Program-made: the position numbers and the translations under genes
Part shown: positions 47,998-58,505 of the stretch, in pieces
Layout: every line of letters begins with the position of its first letter
Numbering within the stretch: the first letter of the stretch is position 1
Assembly: GCA_965661625.1 (NCBI GenBank)
Contig: CBFIEM010000011.1
Coordinates: 26,148 to 90,147 of the forward strand
Length of the DNA: 64,000 nt
Direction of reading: 5' to 3'
DNA from: Salibacteraceae bacterium
GTDB lineage: Bacteria > Bacteroidota > Bacteroidia > Flavobacteriales_G > Salibacteraceae
The notes under the pieces: generated by a model
Seen by the model: only the letters and a program-made list of their open reading frames with translations
Database searches by the model: none
Told to the model about the DNA's origin: nothing

Positions 47998-48825
47998 TTA
48001 ATTTATCAAATCCGTATAATAATTATTATCGAATGACGGTAGCCCAACTTGCTGCAGTGCAATATCTGAACCTGCTATATAAGCTCCCGAGTCATCTACA
48101 AGCAATAGTGATTCGTTTTCCTCTAAATAGCTTTTTAAAATGCCATCTAACGTAATATCTACACCTACAACCCCCTTTAGATCATCACCTTTATACACCG
48201 GAGCAACAATACTTATCATCCAGCCTCTTCCCGCAGGATCTAAATAAGGTCTATCAATAACTACCACTGACCTTTCAGCATTATGTTTGGCGTTTGCCTC
48301 ATAATAAAAATTGAAGGTTGTAATATCTAATCCCGGCGGGTACTGGGTTTCAACGTCAATTTTTGGGTAAATTAAATTCATACAAAATTCAGAATTGAAA
48401 TAGGCTTGAGAGATACTCGATTTATGCTTTACACTTTCAATCAGAGCAAGTCCAGTACTTTGAGCTAATATCGCTTCACGTATAACTCCTGTATCAATTG
48501 GAGCATACCCACTGATATAAAGAGACCAGGGGTAGTTAGCTGAATTTTCGTAAAGCATGACACCGTCTTTATTAGTGCGGAAATCGCTCGAGTCCAAAAC
48601 CACAGATTTTGAACTTTCGTAAGCTTTTGAAAAAACGCTCCTAAGCTTTTCCACCTGAGTAGATATTTCACTAAACTCCGATTCAATATTAACTGCAATT
48701 GATTCTAGATAATTCACTTCATCATCATAACTTTCTCCTTGATTTTTACAACTCAAACAAAGTGAAACAACTAGGGTAAGCAAAATGATTAATGCGCTTT
48801 TACTTATTTGTAAGCAACTTTTCAT
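47998..48825 (-). CDS. lipoprotein with double-Cache-like extracytoplasmic sensing domain (ends at in-frame TAA)
   Basis: Lipobox-like 'LVVSLCLSCK'. 'YPPGLDITTFNFYYEA', 'RPYLDPAGRGWMISIVAPVY' and 'GVVGVDITLDGI' are typical Cache-domain strings. Confidence 0.6.
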   Translation of the reverse strand: MKSCLQISKSALIILLTLVVSLCLSCKNQGESYDDEVNYLESIAVNIESEFSEISTQVEKLRSVFSKAYESSKSVVLDSSDFRTNKDGVMLYENSANYPWSLYISGYAPIDTGVIREAILAQSTGLALIESVKHKSSISQAYFNSEFCMNLIYPKIDVETQYPPGLDITTFNFYYEANAKHNAERSVVVIDRPYLDPAGRGWMISIVAPVYKGDDLKGVVGVDITLDGILKSYLEENESLLLVDDSGAYIAGSDIALQQVGLPSFDNNYYTDLIN

Positions 48826-48843
48826 TTGTTAAATGTATTGTTC

Positions 48844-49969
48844 ATGAAAAAGATAGGATTTACAGTTTTTTTTAGGCGTTTGTTTTTTTAACATTTCTAT
48901 TGGCCAAGTCAAAGATTCAGCCAAGATTAGAGCCTACGCTCCAATCATTACGCTCCCGCACACTGCGATAAAGAATCAAGCTAAAACTGGCACTTGTTGG
49001 TCATTTTCATCAATCTCATTTTTGGAATCTGAAATTATCAGAATGGGACATTCTCCTGTAAACTTGAGTGAGATGTTCTTTGTCCATCACAATTACCTGA
49101 ATAAAGCAACCAACTTTATTCATATGCATGGAAAAGCAAACTTCGGTCAAGGAAGCCTAAATCACGATGTCTTGAACATCTGGAAAGCGCATGGCGTTGT
49201 TCCTGAAGAAATTTACAGCGGAAATGCCTCAGATGGGAACTATGATCACAGTGCTCTTTATAAAACGTTGAGGTCTAATTTGGAGTTATCCTTAAAGCTT
49301 AAAAATGATGGCGGAATAACATACTGGCGCGGCATACAGCAAGGAATTCTGAATCTTTTTATGGGAGAGTTGCCTAAATCTTTTGAATTTGAAGGAGCCT
49401 CCTTTACACCACAATCCTATGCAAAAGACCTTCCTATTTCACCTAGAGATTATGTTGAATTAACATCATTTACCCACTTACCAATGCAAGAATGGGTAAC
49501 ATTGGATATTCCTGACAATTGGTCAAATGCTAAGTATTTAAACTTACCTATTGCTGAACTTTATCAGACGGTTGTTAAAGCACTGGAAAAAGGGTATTCG
49601 GTAGCGTGGGATGCCGACGTAAGTGAATTGTATTGGTCGCGAGAGTTAAATATAGCTTTTGTACCAATCTCCAAAGACCTTGAAGCTGTTAAACATCCCG
49701 ACTCGCTCCTGATTAACGGTAAATTCAATGAGGCCAAGATCTCTCAACAAATAAGACAGGAGCAATTTGAGGAACTGAACACCACTGACGACCACCTTAT
49801 GCATATCATAGGAATGAGTAAAGATCAATATGGTCAAACCTACTTTAAAGTGAAGAATTCTTGGGGGAAAAATCATACAGGTGCTGGTTACTATTATGTA
49901 ACACCGGCATACTTCAAACTAAAAACAGTATCAGTTATGCTTCACCGCGACGTCAGCCCAACATATTAG
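48844..49969 (+). pseudogene. C1 (papain/aminopeptidase C-like) cysteine peptidase, frameshifted in a T8 run
   Basis: ATG 48844 gives MKKIGFTVFF, then a stop after the T8 run at 48866-48873. The next frame reads '...LGVCFFNISIGQVKD...NQAKTGTCWSFSS' (active-site Cys) and continues into track ORF 49022-49969. Confidence 0.75.
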
Positions 49970-49973
49970 GCAT

Positions 49974-50010
49974 AAAAAAAGGGGGCTATTCCGCCCCCTT
50001 CAGATTTTTA
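49974..50010. terminator. bidirectional rho-independent terminator between the peptidase gene and dnaK
   Basis: A-run, stem AAGGGGGC / GCCCCCTT with a 6-nt loop, then a T-rich tail. Confidence 0.75.
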
Positions 50011-50022
50011 AGCAATCAAAAC

Positions 50023-51936
50023 CTACTTTTTATCGTCTTCAACTTCTTCAAAGTCGACATCAGTAACTTCATCTTCACCCTCAGCAGAAGCTTCTGGATT
50101 ACCTTCAGGTGAAGGACCTCCTGCAGCCTGCTCTGCGTTATACATTTCCTGTGAAGCTGCTTGGAAAACCTCATTCAATTTTTCCATTGCTGGCTCTATT
50201 TGAGCAAGGTCTTTTGTTTCGTAAGCCTTTTTCAATTCTGCTAATGCATCTTCAATAGGTTGCTTTTTGTCAGCAGGTAGTTTATCTCCATGCTCCTTAA
50301 GCTGTTTTTCAGTTTGGAAAATTAACGTATCAGCCTGGTTCATTTTATCAGCTTCTTCCTTAACTTTCTGGTCAGCATCAGCATTTGCTTCAGCTTCTTT
50401 CTTCATCTTATCAATTTCTTCTTCACTCAGTCCCGAAGAAGCTTCAATACGGATAGATTGTTCTTTACCAGTAGCTTTATCTTTTGCCGATACGTTCAAT
50501 ATTCCATTTGCATCAATATCAAAGGTCACTTCTACTTGAGGAACCCCTCGAGGCGCTGGTGGAATACCGTCGAGGTGGAATCTTCCAATTGAACGGTTAT
50601 CCTTAGCCATTGAACGCTCACCTTGTAATACGTGAATCTCAACAGAAGGCTGATTATCTGATGCCGTAGAAAAGGTTTCTGACTTTTTAACAGGAATTGT
50701 CGTGTTTGATTCTATAAGCTTCGTCAAAACACCACCCATTGTTTCAATTCCAAGGGATAATGGCGTAACATCCAACAGAAGTACATCTTTCACTTCACCA
50801 GTTAGCACTCCACCTTGAATAGCTGCACCAATGGCAACAACTTCATCTGGATTGACACCTTTAGAAGGTTCTTTGCTAAAGAAAGAAGTTACGGCCTCTT
50901 GTACTGCAGGAATACGAGTCGAACCACCTACAAGAATTACTTGATCTATATCAGAAGAAGAAAGTCCTGCATTCTTCAAAGCTGATTTACATGGATCAAT
51001 TGTACGCTTTATTAAGTCATCAGCAAGTTGTTCGAATTTTGCTTTACTCAACGTTTTCACCAGGTGCTTTGGCACGCCGTCAACAGGCATAATATAAGGC
51101 AAGTTGATCTCTGTACTGCTTGAAGACGATAATTCGATTTTAGCTTTTTCTGCACCTTCTTTTAAGCGTTGAAGTGCCATTGGATCCTTGCTAAGGTCAA
51201 TGCTACCGCCATTATCATTCTTAAATTCTTCAATTAACCAATCAATAATCACTTGATCAAAATCGTCTCCTCCTAAGTGTGTATCTCCGTCTGTTGAAAG
51301 AACTTCGAAAACACCATCTCCTAGCTCTAGGATAGAAACATCATGTGTTCCTCCACCACAATCAAAAACAACTATTTTTTGATCAGAGTCCTTTTTGTCT
51401 AACCCATAAGCTAACGAGGCAGCTGTTGGTTCATTGATGATTCGTTTCACATCAAGACCAGCAATTTCACCTGCTTCTTTTGTTGCTTGACGTTGTGAAT
51501 CATTGAAATATGCTGGAACTGTTATTACCGCTGCAGTAACATCCGTTCCCAAGTAATCCTCTGCTGTTTTCTTCATTTTCTGAAGAATCATTGCAGAGAT
51601 TTCTTGAGGCGTGTAATTTTTGCCATTAATCTCTACGCGTGGAGTATTATTGTCTCCCTTGATAACCTTGTAAGGGACCCGACTCACTTCTTTGCTAACC
51701 TCATCGAAAGAATTTCCCATGAAGCGTTTGATCGAAAATATAGTGTTCTCTGGATTGGTAATCGCCTGACGTTTTGCTGGGTCTCCAACCTTGCGCTCTC
51801 CTCCATCAACGAATCCTACAATAGATGGAGTTGTTCTTTTACCTTCACTGTTTGGAATAACTACCGGTTCATTTCCCTCCATAACTGCCACACAGCTATT
51901 TGTTGTTCCGAGGTCTATACCTATAATTTTACTCAT
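50023..51936 (-). CDS. dnaK: molecular chaperone DnaK (Hsp70)
   Basis: '[15 protein letters not shown]', 'DLGGGTFD'-type '[10 protein letters not shown]' and '[14 protein letters not shown]'. 637 aa. Confidence 0.98.
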   Translation of the reverse strand: MSKIIGIDLGTTNSCVAVMEGNEPVVIPNSEGKRTTPSIVGFVDGGERKVGDPAKRQAITNPENTIFSIKRFMGNSFDEVSKEVSRVPYKVIKGDNNTPRVEINGKNYTPQEISAMILQKMKKTAEDYLGTDVTAAVITVPAYFNDSQRQATKEAGEIAGLDVKRIINEPTAASLAYGLDKKDSDQKIVVFDCGGGTHDVSILELGDGVFEVLSTDGDTHLGGDDFDQVIIDWLIEEFKNDNGGSIDLSKDPMALQRLKEGAEKAKIELSSSSSTEINLPYIMPVDGVPKHLVKTLSKAKFEQLADDLIKRTIDPCKSALKNAGLSSSDIDQVILVGGSTRIPAVQEAVTSFFSKEPSKGVNPDEVVAIGAAIQGGVLTGEVKDVLLLDVTPLSLGIETMGGVLTKLIESNTTIPVKKSETFSTASDNQPSVEIHVLQGERSMAKDNRSIGRFHLDGIPPAPRGVPQVEVTFDIDANGILNVSAKDKATGKEQSIRIEASSGLSEEEIDKMKKEAEANADADQKVKEEADKMNQADTLIFQTEKQLKEHGDKLPADKKQPIEDALAELKKAYETKDLAQIEPAMEKLNEVFQAASQEMYNAEQAAGGPSPEGNPEASAEGEDEVTDVDFEEVEDDKK

Positions 51937-52024
51937 GACGATGCTTTGTTAAATTTCTAGTTAATTCAACCCAACGTTGTCAATGACTATGCCATTGAGG
52001 ATTTTCCTGAATAGTCTGCAAAAG

Positions 52025-52063
52025 TGTCAGAAATTGTCATAATTCTGACATTCAAAACTGACA
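52025..52063 (-). promoter_or_regulatory. candidate operator upstream of dnaK: inverted repeat TGTCAGAA-N10-TTCTGACA plus a third CTGACA half-site
   Basis: Arms at 52025-52032 and 52043-52050 are perfect reverse complements. An extra CTGACA lies at 52058-52063. The element sits about 90-125 nt upstream of the dnaK ATG. Confidence 0.3.
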
Positions 52064-52084
52064 AAGCGATAAAAAGCTGATGGT

Positions 52085-53224
52085 TTACTGGACTTTAGGA
52101 CAGTATTTTGGATGAAGCGGATCATTCGTATGGCAGAATCCAAGTCCACCTGTTAATTGAACTTCTAACCCTTCAACTAATTCATCCATAGTCTCATCAG
52201 TAATTTTTGCGCGTGTTTGAAATCGCATACGCGTCGACCATAAACCTATTCCATTGGTGATGTTAGAATACGTGGGCTTTTCTTCGAGTAATGTTTGACT
52301 AGGTGAATTTAATCGAATGTAGGTTTGTAATTCCTCTCCAGCAACATACAAATCAACTAACAGACTGAGGGTGTCAGGAACACGTTTTAGAATTGAAGGC
52401 TCATTTACAATTTGAACTTCATTATTAGCTACAGACTCAAAAAACTGGAAACCCGTAGTCACAAATTTAACTTCTTCACGGTCTTCCTCACGCTGAGGAG
52501 ATTGAGCTAATGTTTTTGTGCCTAAAGGGATACGAATCTTTTTATCATTAATGTAATCTCCATTTTGATCAACATCCCTGTATTCAAACTCCAAATTCAT
52601 TTCTAAACCCAAGGCATTAACGGGAGGAATAACGGATAAGGATACGTTTTCATTCACCAGAGACTGATTCATAAAGGCAATTCCTCTTCTCTCCCAGAAA
52701 GGAGCTCTTGGCATAACATCATCTACCCCAAAATTATTTTCTATAACCAACAATGTTGTTCCAGAAGAAGAAACTGAACCATCCGGCTTAGTAACTTTTA
52801 TTACAGCGTAAGGAACTTTAGCGTTTGTTAAGTCGCCATTATTAAAATCCCTATTGAATGCGTAAACAGTTTGTTCGGGATAATAAAAAGTCCCTGGTTC
52901 TTTATCTGTTATTGTTTGCGGCATAGCCTCAACTGAGCCAATGAAGGTGGTATCATTTGCATTTCGATCAATGATGTACTCTTCAATAAGCACTTCAATG
53001 TTTTCATATTCCGCCAATGAGCGGTCTTGAGCTAAAAGTAATGCGTTATTCTCTCCGACAAACAGTCGGTTTACTTTTACGTAATGGGTTGTGTCGTTGG
53101 GGTTAATAAGTCCAAAAATCACAGTTACGTCTTTCTCCGGAGCAATAATATCAATCTCATCTTCACAAGACTGTGCTAAAAAAGCAATTATTAGAACTGC
53201 AATTGTGTGTGTTAAATGCTTCAT
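52085..53224 (-). CDS. lipoprotein of unknown function (DUF4249-like)
   Basis: Lipobox 'AFLAQSC'. 'VTVIFGLINPNDTTHYVKVNRLF' is vaguely DUF4249-like. Low-confidence family call. Confidence 0.35.
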   Translation of the reverse strand: MKHLTHTIAVLIIAFLAQSCEDEIDIIAPEKDVTVIFGLINPNDTTHYVKVNRLFVGENNALLLAQDRSLAEYENIEVLIEEYIIDRNANDTTFIGSVEAMPQTITDKEPGTFYYPEQTVYAFNRDFNNGDLTNAKVPYAVIKVTKPDGSVSSSGTTLLVIENNFGVDDVMPRAPFWERRGIAFMNQSLVNENVSLSVIPPVNALGLEMNLEFEYRDVDQNGDYINDKKIRIPLGTKTLAQSPQREEDREEVKFVTTGFQFFESVANNEVQIVNEPSILKRVPDTLSLLVDLYVAGEELQTYIRLNSPSQTLLEEKPTYSNITNGIGLWSTRMRFQTRAKITDETMDELVEGLEVQLTGGLGFCHTNDPLHPKYCPKVQ

Positions 53225-53381
53225 GCTGTATTTTAATTGGAGCCAAATTTAATCAAACTCTAGCTTATCTCTTAGGCGCTGTTAAAATTGTAATTTCGCA
53301 TGATACAAAAACTAGTGCAGCATTTCCATTTTAACTTCATAAGTGGCATGCGCACTGTACGAACTGAAAACTTGAAATTAC

Positions 53382-54212
53382 ATGGATAAGTCATTCGCAC
53401 CTGTTTCGAGCAAAGTGAAAAAAATCACAACGCACGTGCTTCAAGAAATGAAAATAAAAAAAGAACCAATAGCTATGCTTACAGCATATGATTATTCTAT
53501 GGCTCAGATCCTAGATGATGCAGCAATCGATATTATTCTTGTTGGCGATAGTGCATCAAATGTAATGGCAGGACATGAAACAACGCTACCAATTACGTTA
53601 GATCAAATGATCTACCACGCAGCATCTGTAATTCGAGGAATTCAAAACTGCTTGGTGGTTGTTGATTTACCGTTCGGTGCCTATCAAGGTAATTCAAAAA
53701 CGGCATTGGATTCTTCAATACGCATTATGAAGGAAACCGGTGGACATGCAATTAAGATGGAAGGTGGTCGTGAAATACTAGAAAGTGTCAATCGAATCCT
53801 TTCTGCTGGAATCCCGGTTATGGGACACCTAGGCTTAACACCCCAATCGATTTATAAATTCGGTACTTATACGGTAAGGGCCAAAGAAGAAGAGGAGGCG
53901 AAAAGGTTGAAAGAGGATGCGAAGCTGCTAGAGGATGCTGGATGTTTTGCGATAGTTCTTGAAAAAATACCAGCAGAATTAGCACGTGAAGTTGCTGAAC
54001 ATGTTTCCATCCCAGTAATAGGCATTGGAGCTGGATCTGGTGTTGATGGACAAGTGTTGGTGCTCCATGACATGTTAGGTATTACAAAAGAATTTTCACC
54101 GCGATTCTTAAGGAGGTATGCTTCTCTACACGATACCATATTAAATGCTGTAGCACACTACATCAAGGATGTAAAAGAACGTGACTTCCCAAATTCACAA
54201 GAGCAATATTAA
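53382..54212 (+). CDS. panB: 3-methyl-2-oxobutanoate hydroxymethyltransferase
   Basis: '[11 protein letters not shown]', '[17 protein letters not shown]' and 'IKMEGG'. 276 aa. Confidence 0.95.
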   Translation: MDKSFAPVSSKVKKITTHVLQEMKIKKEPIAMLTAYDYSMAQILDDAAIDIILVGDSASNVMAGHETTLPITLDQMIYHAASVIRGIQNCLVVVDLPFGAYQGNSKTALDSSIRIMKETGGHAIKMEGGREILESVNRILSAGIPVMGHLGLTPQSIYKFGTYTVRAKEEEEAKRLKEDAKLLEDAGCFAIVLEKIPAELAREVAEHVSIPVIGIGAGSGVDGQVLVLHDMLGITKEFSPRFLRRYASLHDTILNAVAHYIKDVKERDFPNSQEQY

Positions 54213-54227
54213 TTACGACTAAAAGCT

Positions 54228-54911
54228 ATGCTGGACCCATCACAAATCCTTTTTGAGGATAATCACATTTTAGCTGTCAACAAGCTTCCAGGTCAAATTG
54301 TTCAAGGAGATAAAACCGGTGACAAACCACTTAGCGAGTTAGTTAAAACTTACATTAAGGACAAGTATAACAAACCCGGTGAGGTTTACCTCGGGGTGGT
54401 TCATCGCATTGATCGTCCAACATCTGGCGTAGTGCTGTTTGCCAGAACAAGTAAAGCTGCGGCTCGGTTAAGTGAACAATTTCAACAAAAAGAAATTGAT
54501 AAATCCTATTGGACCATTATTCAAGGCCATTGCGAAAAAGAAGCACAACAACTTATCAATCATTTATTTAAAATTGAAAAGAAAAATAAATCCATTGTAG
54601 TTCAACCTGATAAAGCCGGTGCAAAACAAGCATCTTTAACCTACTCCACCATCGAAAAAGGAGATCGGTATACCTTACTCAGCGTAAATATAGAGACAGG
54701 AAGACATCACCAAATACGTTGTCAGTTGGCTAAAATGGGAAATCCTGTACAAGGAGATGTAAAGTATGGAGCTAAACGCGCAAACAAGGATCGAAGCATA
54801 AGTCTTCATGCCCGGAGTATTGAATTCACGCATCCAACTACTAAAGAACGAATTAAACTAACCGCCCCAAAACCAGATTCAGTTTGGTGGAATGTATTTA
54901 AGTCGGATTGA
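54228..54911 (+). CDS. RluA family pseudouridine synthase
   Basis: Catalytic motif 'HRIDRPTSGVVLFA' and 'GRHHQIR'. 227 aa. Confidence 0.9.
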   Translation: MLDPSQILFEDNHILAVNKLPGQIVQGDKTGDKPLSELVKTYIKDKYNKPGEVYLGVVHRIDRPTSGVVLFARTSKAAARLSEQFQQKEIDKSYWTIIQGHCEKEAQQLINHLFKIEKKNKSIVVQPDKAGAKQASLTYSTIEKGDRYTLLSVNIETGRHHQIRCQLAKMGNPVQGDVKYGAKRANKDRSISLHARSIEFTHPTTKERIKLTAPKPDSVWWNVFKSD

Positions 54912-54951
54912 AGACAAAATTATCCTACGAGTTCCTTAAATTGCATGTGTG

Positions 54952-55539
54952 ATGCGTATTTTAATTTTGATTTTACTGCTCCCGCAATTGGCACTTTGTC
55001 AACTCAATGTTTTAAACGTTGTCAGTCAAGTAAATGAATCTCAGGTTGCAATAACGTTCACCTTAGCACCTGGCAACTTCTGTCAAGGCGCTATCCTGAA
55101 ACGTGGTTTTGATCCAAGTAGACCTGATCTATTTGAGCAAGTAGGTGAAATCACTGGAGTATGCGGCGATCAAGATTTTGCTGCAACATATACCTTACAT
55201 GACTTTAGACCATTCGAGAATCAGCTTACTTATTACCAGCTATTTCTGGGAAGTGAACCCATGGAGTTACTTCCTGTTTTGGTAGAAAATTTCGGAGCGA
55301 AAGGATTCCGCATATATCCTAATCCTGCTTCAACGGAAACCAAAATCTATTTTGAAGAGACCCTTGTTGATCCTGTTACAATCCATGTATACAACATGCG
55401 TGGCACACTCGTTTTTGAACAAGTTCAAATCAGGTCACAGACTTTCGAACTGCCAAGGAATAACCTAGAGCCAGGCGTATACTCCCTTCACATTTTGCAT
55501 AATGGGAGCTATTATGAGGAGCGTTTGGTATTTAATTAG
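54952..55539 (+). CDS. small secreted protein with T9SS C-terminal sorting domain
   Basis: Signal peptide 'MRILILILLLPQLALCQ'. C-terminal 'RIYPNPASTETKIYF...GVYSLHILHNG' is CTD-like. Confidence 0.6.
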   Translation: MRILILILLLPQLALCQLNVLNVVSQVNESQVAITFTLAPGNFCQGAILKRGFDPSRPDLFEQVGEITGVCGDQDFAATYTLHDFRPFENQLTYYQLFLGSEPMELLPVLVENFGAKGFRIYPNPASTETKIYFEETLVDPVTIHVYNMRGTLVFEQVQIRSQTFELPRNNLEPGVYSLHILHNGSYYEERLVFN

Positions 55540-55931
55540 AGTTTGTCATCCCTCCTACGTTTCTTTTTCTCTCCATGCTCCTTTTTAGATTTAATTCGCT
55601 TTATTCGCGAAGAGCGGGTTGGCACAGATTTCTTACGAGTTTTTGGCTTTTCTATTCCAGTAATGATGAGTTTTTCTAATGCTGAAGCCGCTTTAGCCTT
55701 ATTTTGAAATTGAGATCGCTCGTTGTCAATTGAAACTTGTAATACCCCATCAGAAGATATGCGAGACTTAAAAACTTTACATAGTCGATTCTTTTCTTCC
55801 GAGGTTAAAAAATTACTATTTACAACATCAAAAAAAGCTGTTACACGAGATTCTGTTTTATTAGCGTGCTGACCTCCCGGCCCTTGGCTTCTGCTCGTTT
55901 TATACCAAAACTCAGTTCTTATAGCATGCAT
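55536..55931 (-). CDS. arfB: alternative ribosome-rescue factor ArfB (peptidyl-tRNA hydrolase, YaeJ-like)
   Basis: 'GPGGQHANKTESRV' (GGQ motif) and a Lys/Arg-rich C-terminal tail. 131 aa. Confidence 0.9.
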   Translation of the reverse strand: MHAIRTEFWYKTSRSQGPGGQHANKTESRVTAFFDVVNSNFLTSEEKNRLCKVFKSRISSDGVLQVSIDNERSQFQNKAKAASALEKLIITGIEKPKTRKKSVPTRSSRIKRIKSKKEHGEKKKRRRDDKL

Positions 55932-55933
55932 GT

Positions 55934-58390
55934 TTACTGAGGATCAACATCAACAACGACCCTAACCTTTTTATGCAATTCGTGAATGGCCAATTCATCG
56001 ATATAATCTTGCAGGCGTTGCTTTGCTTGTGTAAGGGAGGCTTCGCGTTCTATTTTAATAAGCAGATCCTTATGATACCTGTTCCTTATTCTTGCCACTG
56101 CAGGATATTCAGGTCCTAATACACGATCGCCGAACCCTTTCCGCAACAACCCTCCTAAAAAGGCTGCGGCATTATCAACAACATGCCTATCCCGATGCCG
56201 AATCGAAACATGAATAAGCTTATAAAAAGGAGGATACTTGAAGTTTCTTCTTTCCAAAAGCTGTTCCCGATACATCTCTTTGAAACCGCCATCCATTACT
56301 TGTCGAATGATGGTATGATAAGGTTGGAATGACTGGATAATCACCTTACCTCTCTTCTGCTTTCTACCAGCCCTACCTGCCACTTGTGTCATGAGCTGAT
56401 AACTGCGTTCAAACGCTCTGAAATGTTGAAAGTTGAGTAACTGATCTGCACTTAGCACTCCAACTAAACTCACGTGATCAAAATCCAATCCTTTTGATAC
56501 CATTTGGGTCCCAACCAGTATATCAATTTGTCTTTCCTCAAACGCTTCAATTAGTCGTTCATATGCATGCTTCCCTCTCGTAGTATCAAAATCCATCCTC
56601 GCCACTTTGGCTTTAGGGAATAGCAATTCTAAGTCCTCTTCTATTTTTTCCGTTCCAAATCCTGTTAGTGTCAGTTTTTTTGATCCACAAGCGTCGCACA
56701 TCACAGGCATATTCAATTGATAACCACAATAATGACACTTGAGTTTATTCGTATACTTATGGTAGTTTAGCCCAACATCACAGCGTTTACAATAAGGTGT
56801 CCATCCACATGTTTCACATTGGATATATGGAGAAAATCCCCTTCGATTTTGAAATAAAATCACCTGTTCTTTCGCCTCTAGGGCTGCTTCAATTTCCAGA
56901 AAAAGAAGCTCAGTAAAGTGATTATGCATTTTCTTCTTTTTCAAGTCATCCTTGACATCTGCAACTTGAACTTCAGGCATTTGCACACCTGAAAAACGTT
57001 TATTCAATTCTACGAGACCATATTTCCCACGTTGAGCGTTCCAGTAACTCTCAACACTTGGAGTTGCTGAGCCTAGTAGTGTTTTCGCTTTGGTCCGTGA
57101 AGCCAAGAGAATAGCTGTATCTCGAGCATGGTAGCGTGGAGAGGGATCATATTGCTTGAAAGAAGGCTCATGCTCCTCATCTATAATTACCAACGATAAA
57201 TTTGTGAAGGGTAAAAACACTGAGGAACGTGCACCAATTATTATTTTAAAGTCCCCATTAAGGCACCGGTTCCATACCTCTACCCGTTCATGTTCATTCA
57301 TCCGCGAATGAAAAACACCGACGGTTTTTCCAAAAACGGCCTTCAATCGAGTAATTATCTGTGTTGTTAAAGCAATTTCAGGTAATAAGTACAATATACT
57401 CCCTCCTCTTTCCAACTCCTCATCAATCATCTTCATATATACTTCAGTCTTTCCAGACCCAGTAACTCCATGAAGCAACACTACTGAATGGCGTGTGAAC
57501 TCCTCCTTGATGCTCTTATATGCTTTTCCCTGCTCTGTACTGAGTTCAGCAATTGATTTGAGCGCATCTGTGCCTTGAATGCGATTGACTGTTTGATGCT
57601 CTATTAGGAATATTTCTTTTTTTACAAGTGCCTGTAACGCTCCGGGCGAAGCGTTAACAGCTTGAATCAAGTTCTTTTTTAAAACAGGCTTGGGAACAGC
57701 TGAAAAGAAATGATTCAACTCTACAAACTTCATTACATAAGCCTGTTGCGCTGGAGCATTTGTTAAAGAATCAAATAATCCTTGAAGTCCTTTTTCACTT
57801 TGATAAGGAGCAGCTAAACCGATGTAATCAACCTTTTTAGGCTTATATCGCTGTTTAGCTTCTTCATAAAGTTGAACCACTCCTTTCTCGATAAGCTTTT
57901 TGACAATTGGATGAATTGTTTTTAAGCTAAGTATCTCAGAAACCTCTTTCATACTTAGCACTTCATTCAATTCAAGCGCTTCAACTACTAAATACTCCCG
58001 ATCAGTTAAAGCCTCTGAGGATATGTGCGCTCCTCCTGCAAGCATTAACTTGGTTTCTGAATCGAGTCTGAAACCGCCCGGCAATGCACAGCTCATAATT
58101 TCACCTAAAGTGCACATATAGTAGCTTGCCATCCACCTCCAAAGCGCCACTTGTTCGGCAGAAACTATGGCTTCTTCATCTAAAACATGTTCTAAATACT
58201 TCGCTTCATAAAGCTTCGGTGGTGTTGTTTTGATTTCAATAACTAAAGCCGAATACCTTTTTGACTTTCCAAAAGGAACCACTACCCGCTTTCCAAAGCC
58301 AATTTCTTCATTTAGTTCACGTGGAACGCGATAGGTGTAAAGCCCAGGAAGTGGCAACGGTAAAAGCACATGTGCAAAAAGAGTATCCAT
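55934..58390 (-). CDS. priA: primosomal protein N' (replication restart helicase PriA)
   Basis: 'LLHGVTGSGKTEVY', 'DEEHE', Cys-rich zinc insert 'CETCGW...CKRCD...CHYCG...CDACG' and 'QVAGRAGR'. 818 aa. Confidence 0.95.
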   Translation of the reverse strand: MDTLFAHVLLPLPLPGLYTYRVPRELNEEIGFGKRVVVPFGKSKRYSALVIEIKTTPPKLYEAKYLEHVLDEEAIVSAEQVALWRWMASYYMCTLGEIMSCALPGGFRLDSETKLMLAGGAHISSEALTDREYLVVEALELNEVLSMKEVSEILSLKTIHPIVKKLIEKGVVQLYEEAKQRYKPKKVDYIGLAAPYQSEKGLQGLFDSLTNAPAQQAYVMKFVELNHFFSAVPKPVLKKNLIQAVNASPGALQALVKKEIFLIEHQTVNRIQGTDALKSIAELSTEQGKAYKSIKEEFTRHSVVLLHGVTGSGKTEVYMKMIDEELERGGSILYLLPEIALTTQIITRLKAVFGKTVGVFHSRMNEHERVEVWNRCLNGDFKIIIGARSSVFLPFTNLSLVIIDEEHEPSFKQYDPSPRYHARDTAILLASRTKAKTLLGSATPSVESYWNAQRGKYGLVELNKRFSGVQMPEVQVADVKDDLKKKKMHNHFTELLFLEIEAALEAKEQVILFQNRRGFSPYIQCETCGWTPYCKRCDVGLNYHKYTNKLKCHYCGYQLNMPVMCDACGSKKLTLTGFGTEKIEEDLELLFPKAKVARMDFDTTRGKHAYERLIEAFEERQIDILVGTQMVSKGLDFDHVSLVGVLSADQLLNFQHFRAFERSYQLMTQVAGRAGRKQKRGKVIIQSFQPYHTIIRQVMDGGFKEMYREQLLERRNFKYPPFYKLIHVSIRHRDRHVVDNAAAFLGGLLRKGFGDRVLGPEYPAVARIRNRYHKDLLIKIEREASLTQAKQRLQDYIDELAIHELHKKVRVVVDVDPQ

Positions 58391-58505
58391 TTCACCAAAA
58401 CTACATCAAGCTGCAGGATTGCGCGTACGTGAATTAAGATTTCAATGTTCATATTCTTCGGTTTTAGGTTGTTGAAGCTGGGTAAAACGAGTATACATTA
58501 GCATT

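Noticed and set aside
55536-55931. Functional link between ArfB (ribosome rescue) and the many in-frame stop codons
   Set aside because: ArfB releases ribosomes stalled on non-stop or truncated mRNAs. It does not promote readthrough of stop codons. Its position next to priA looks incidental.
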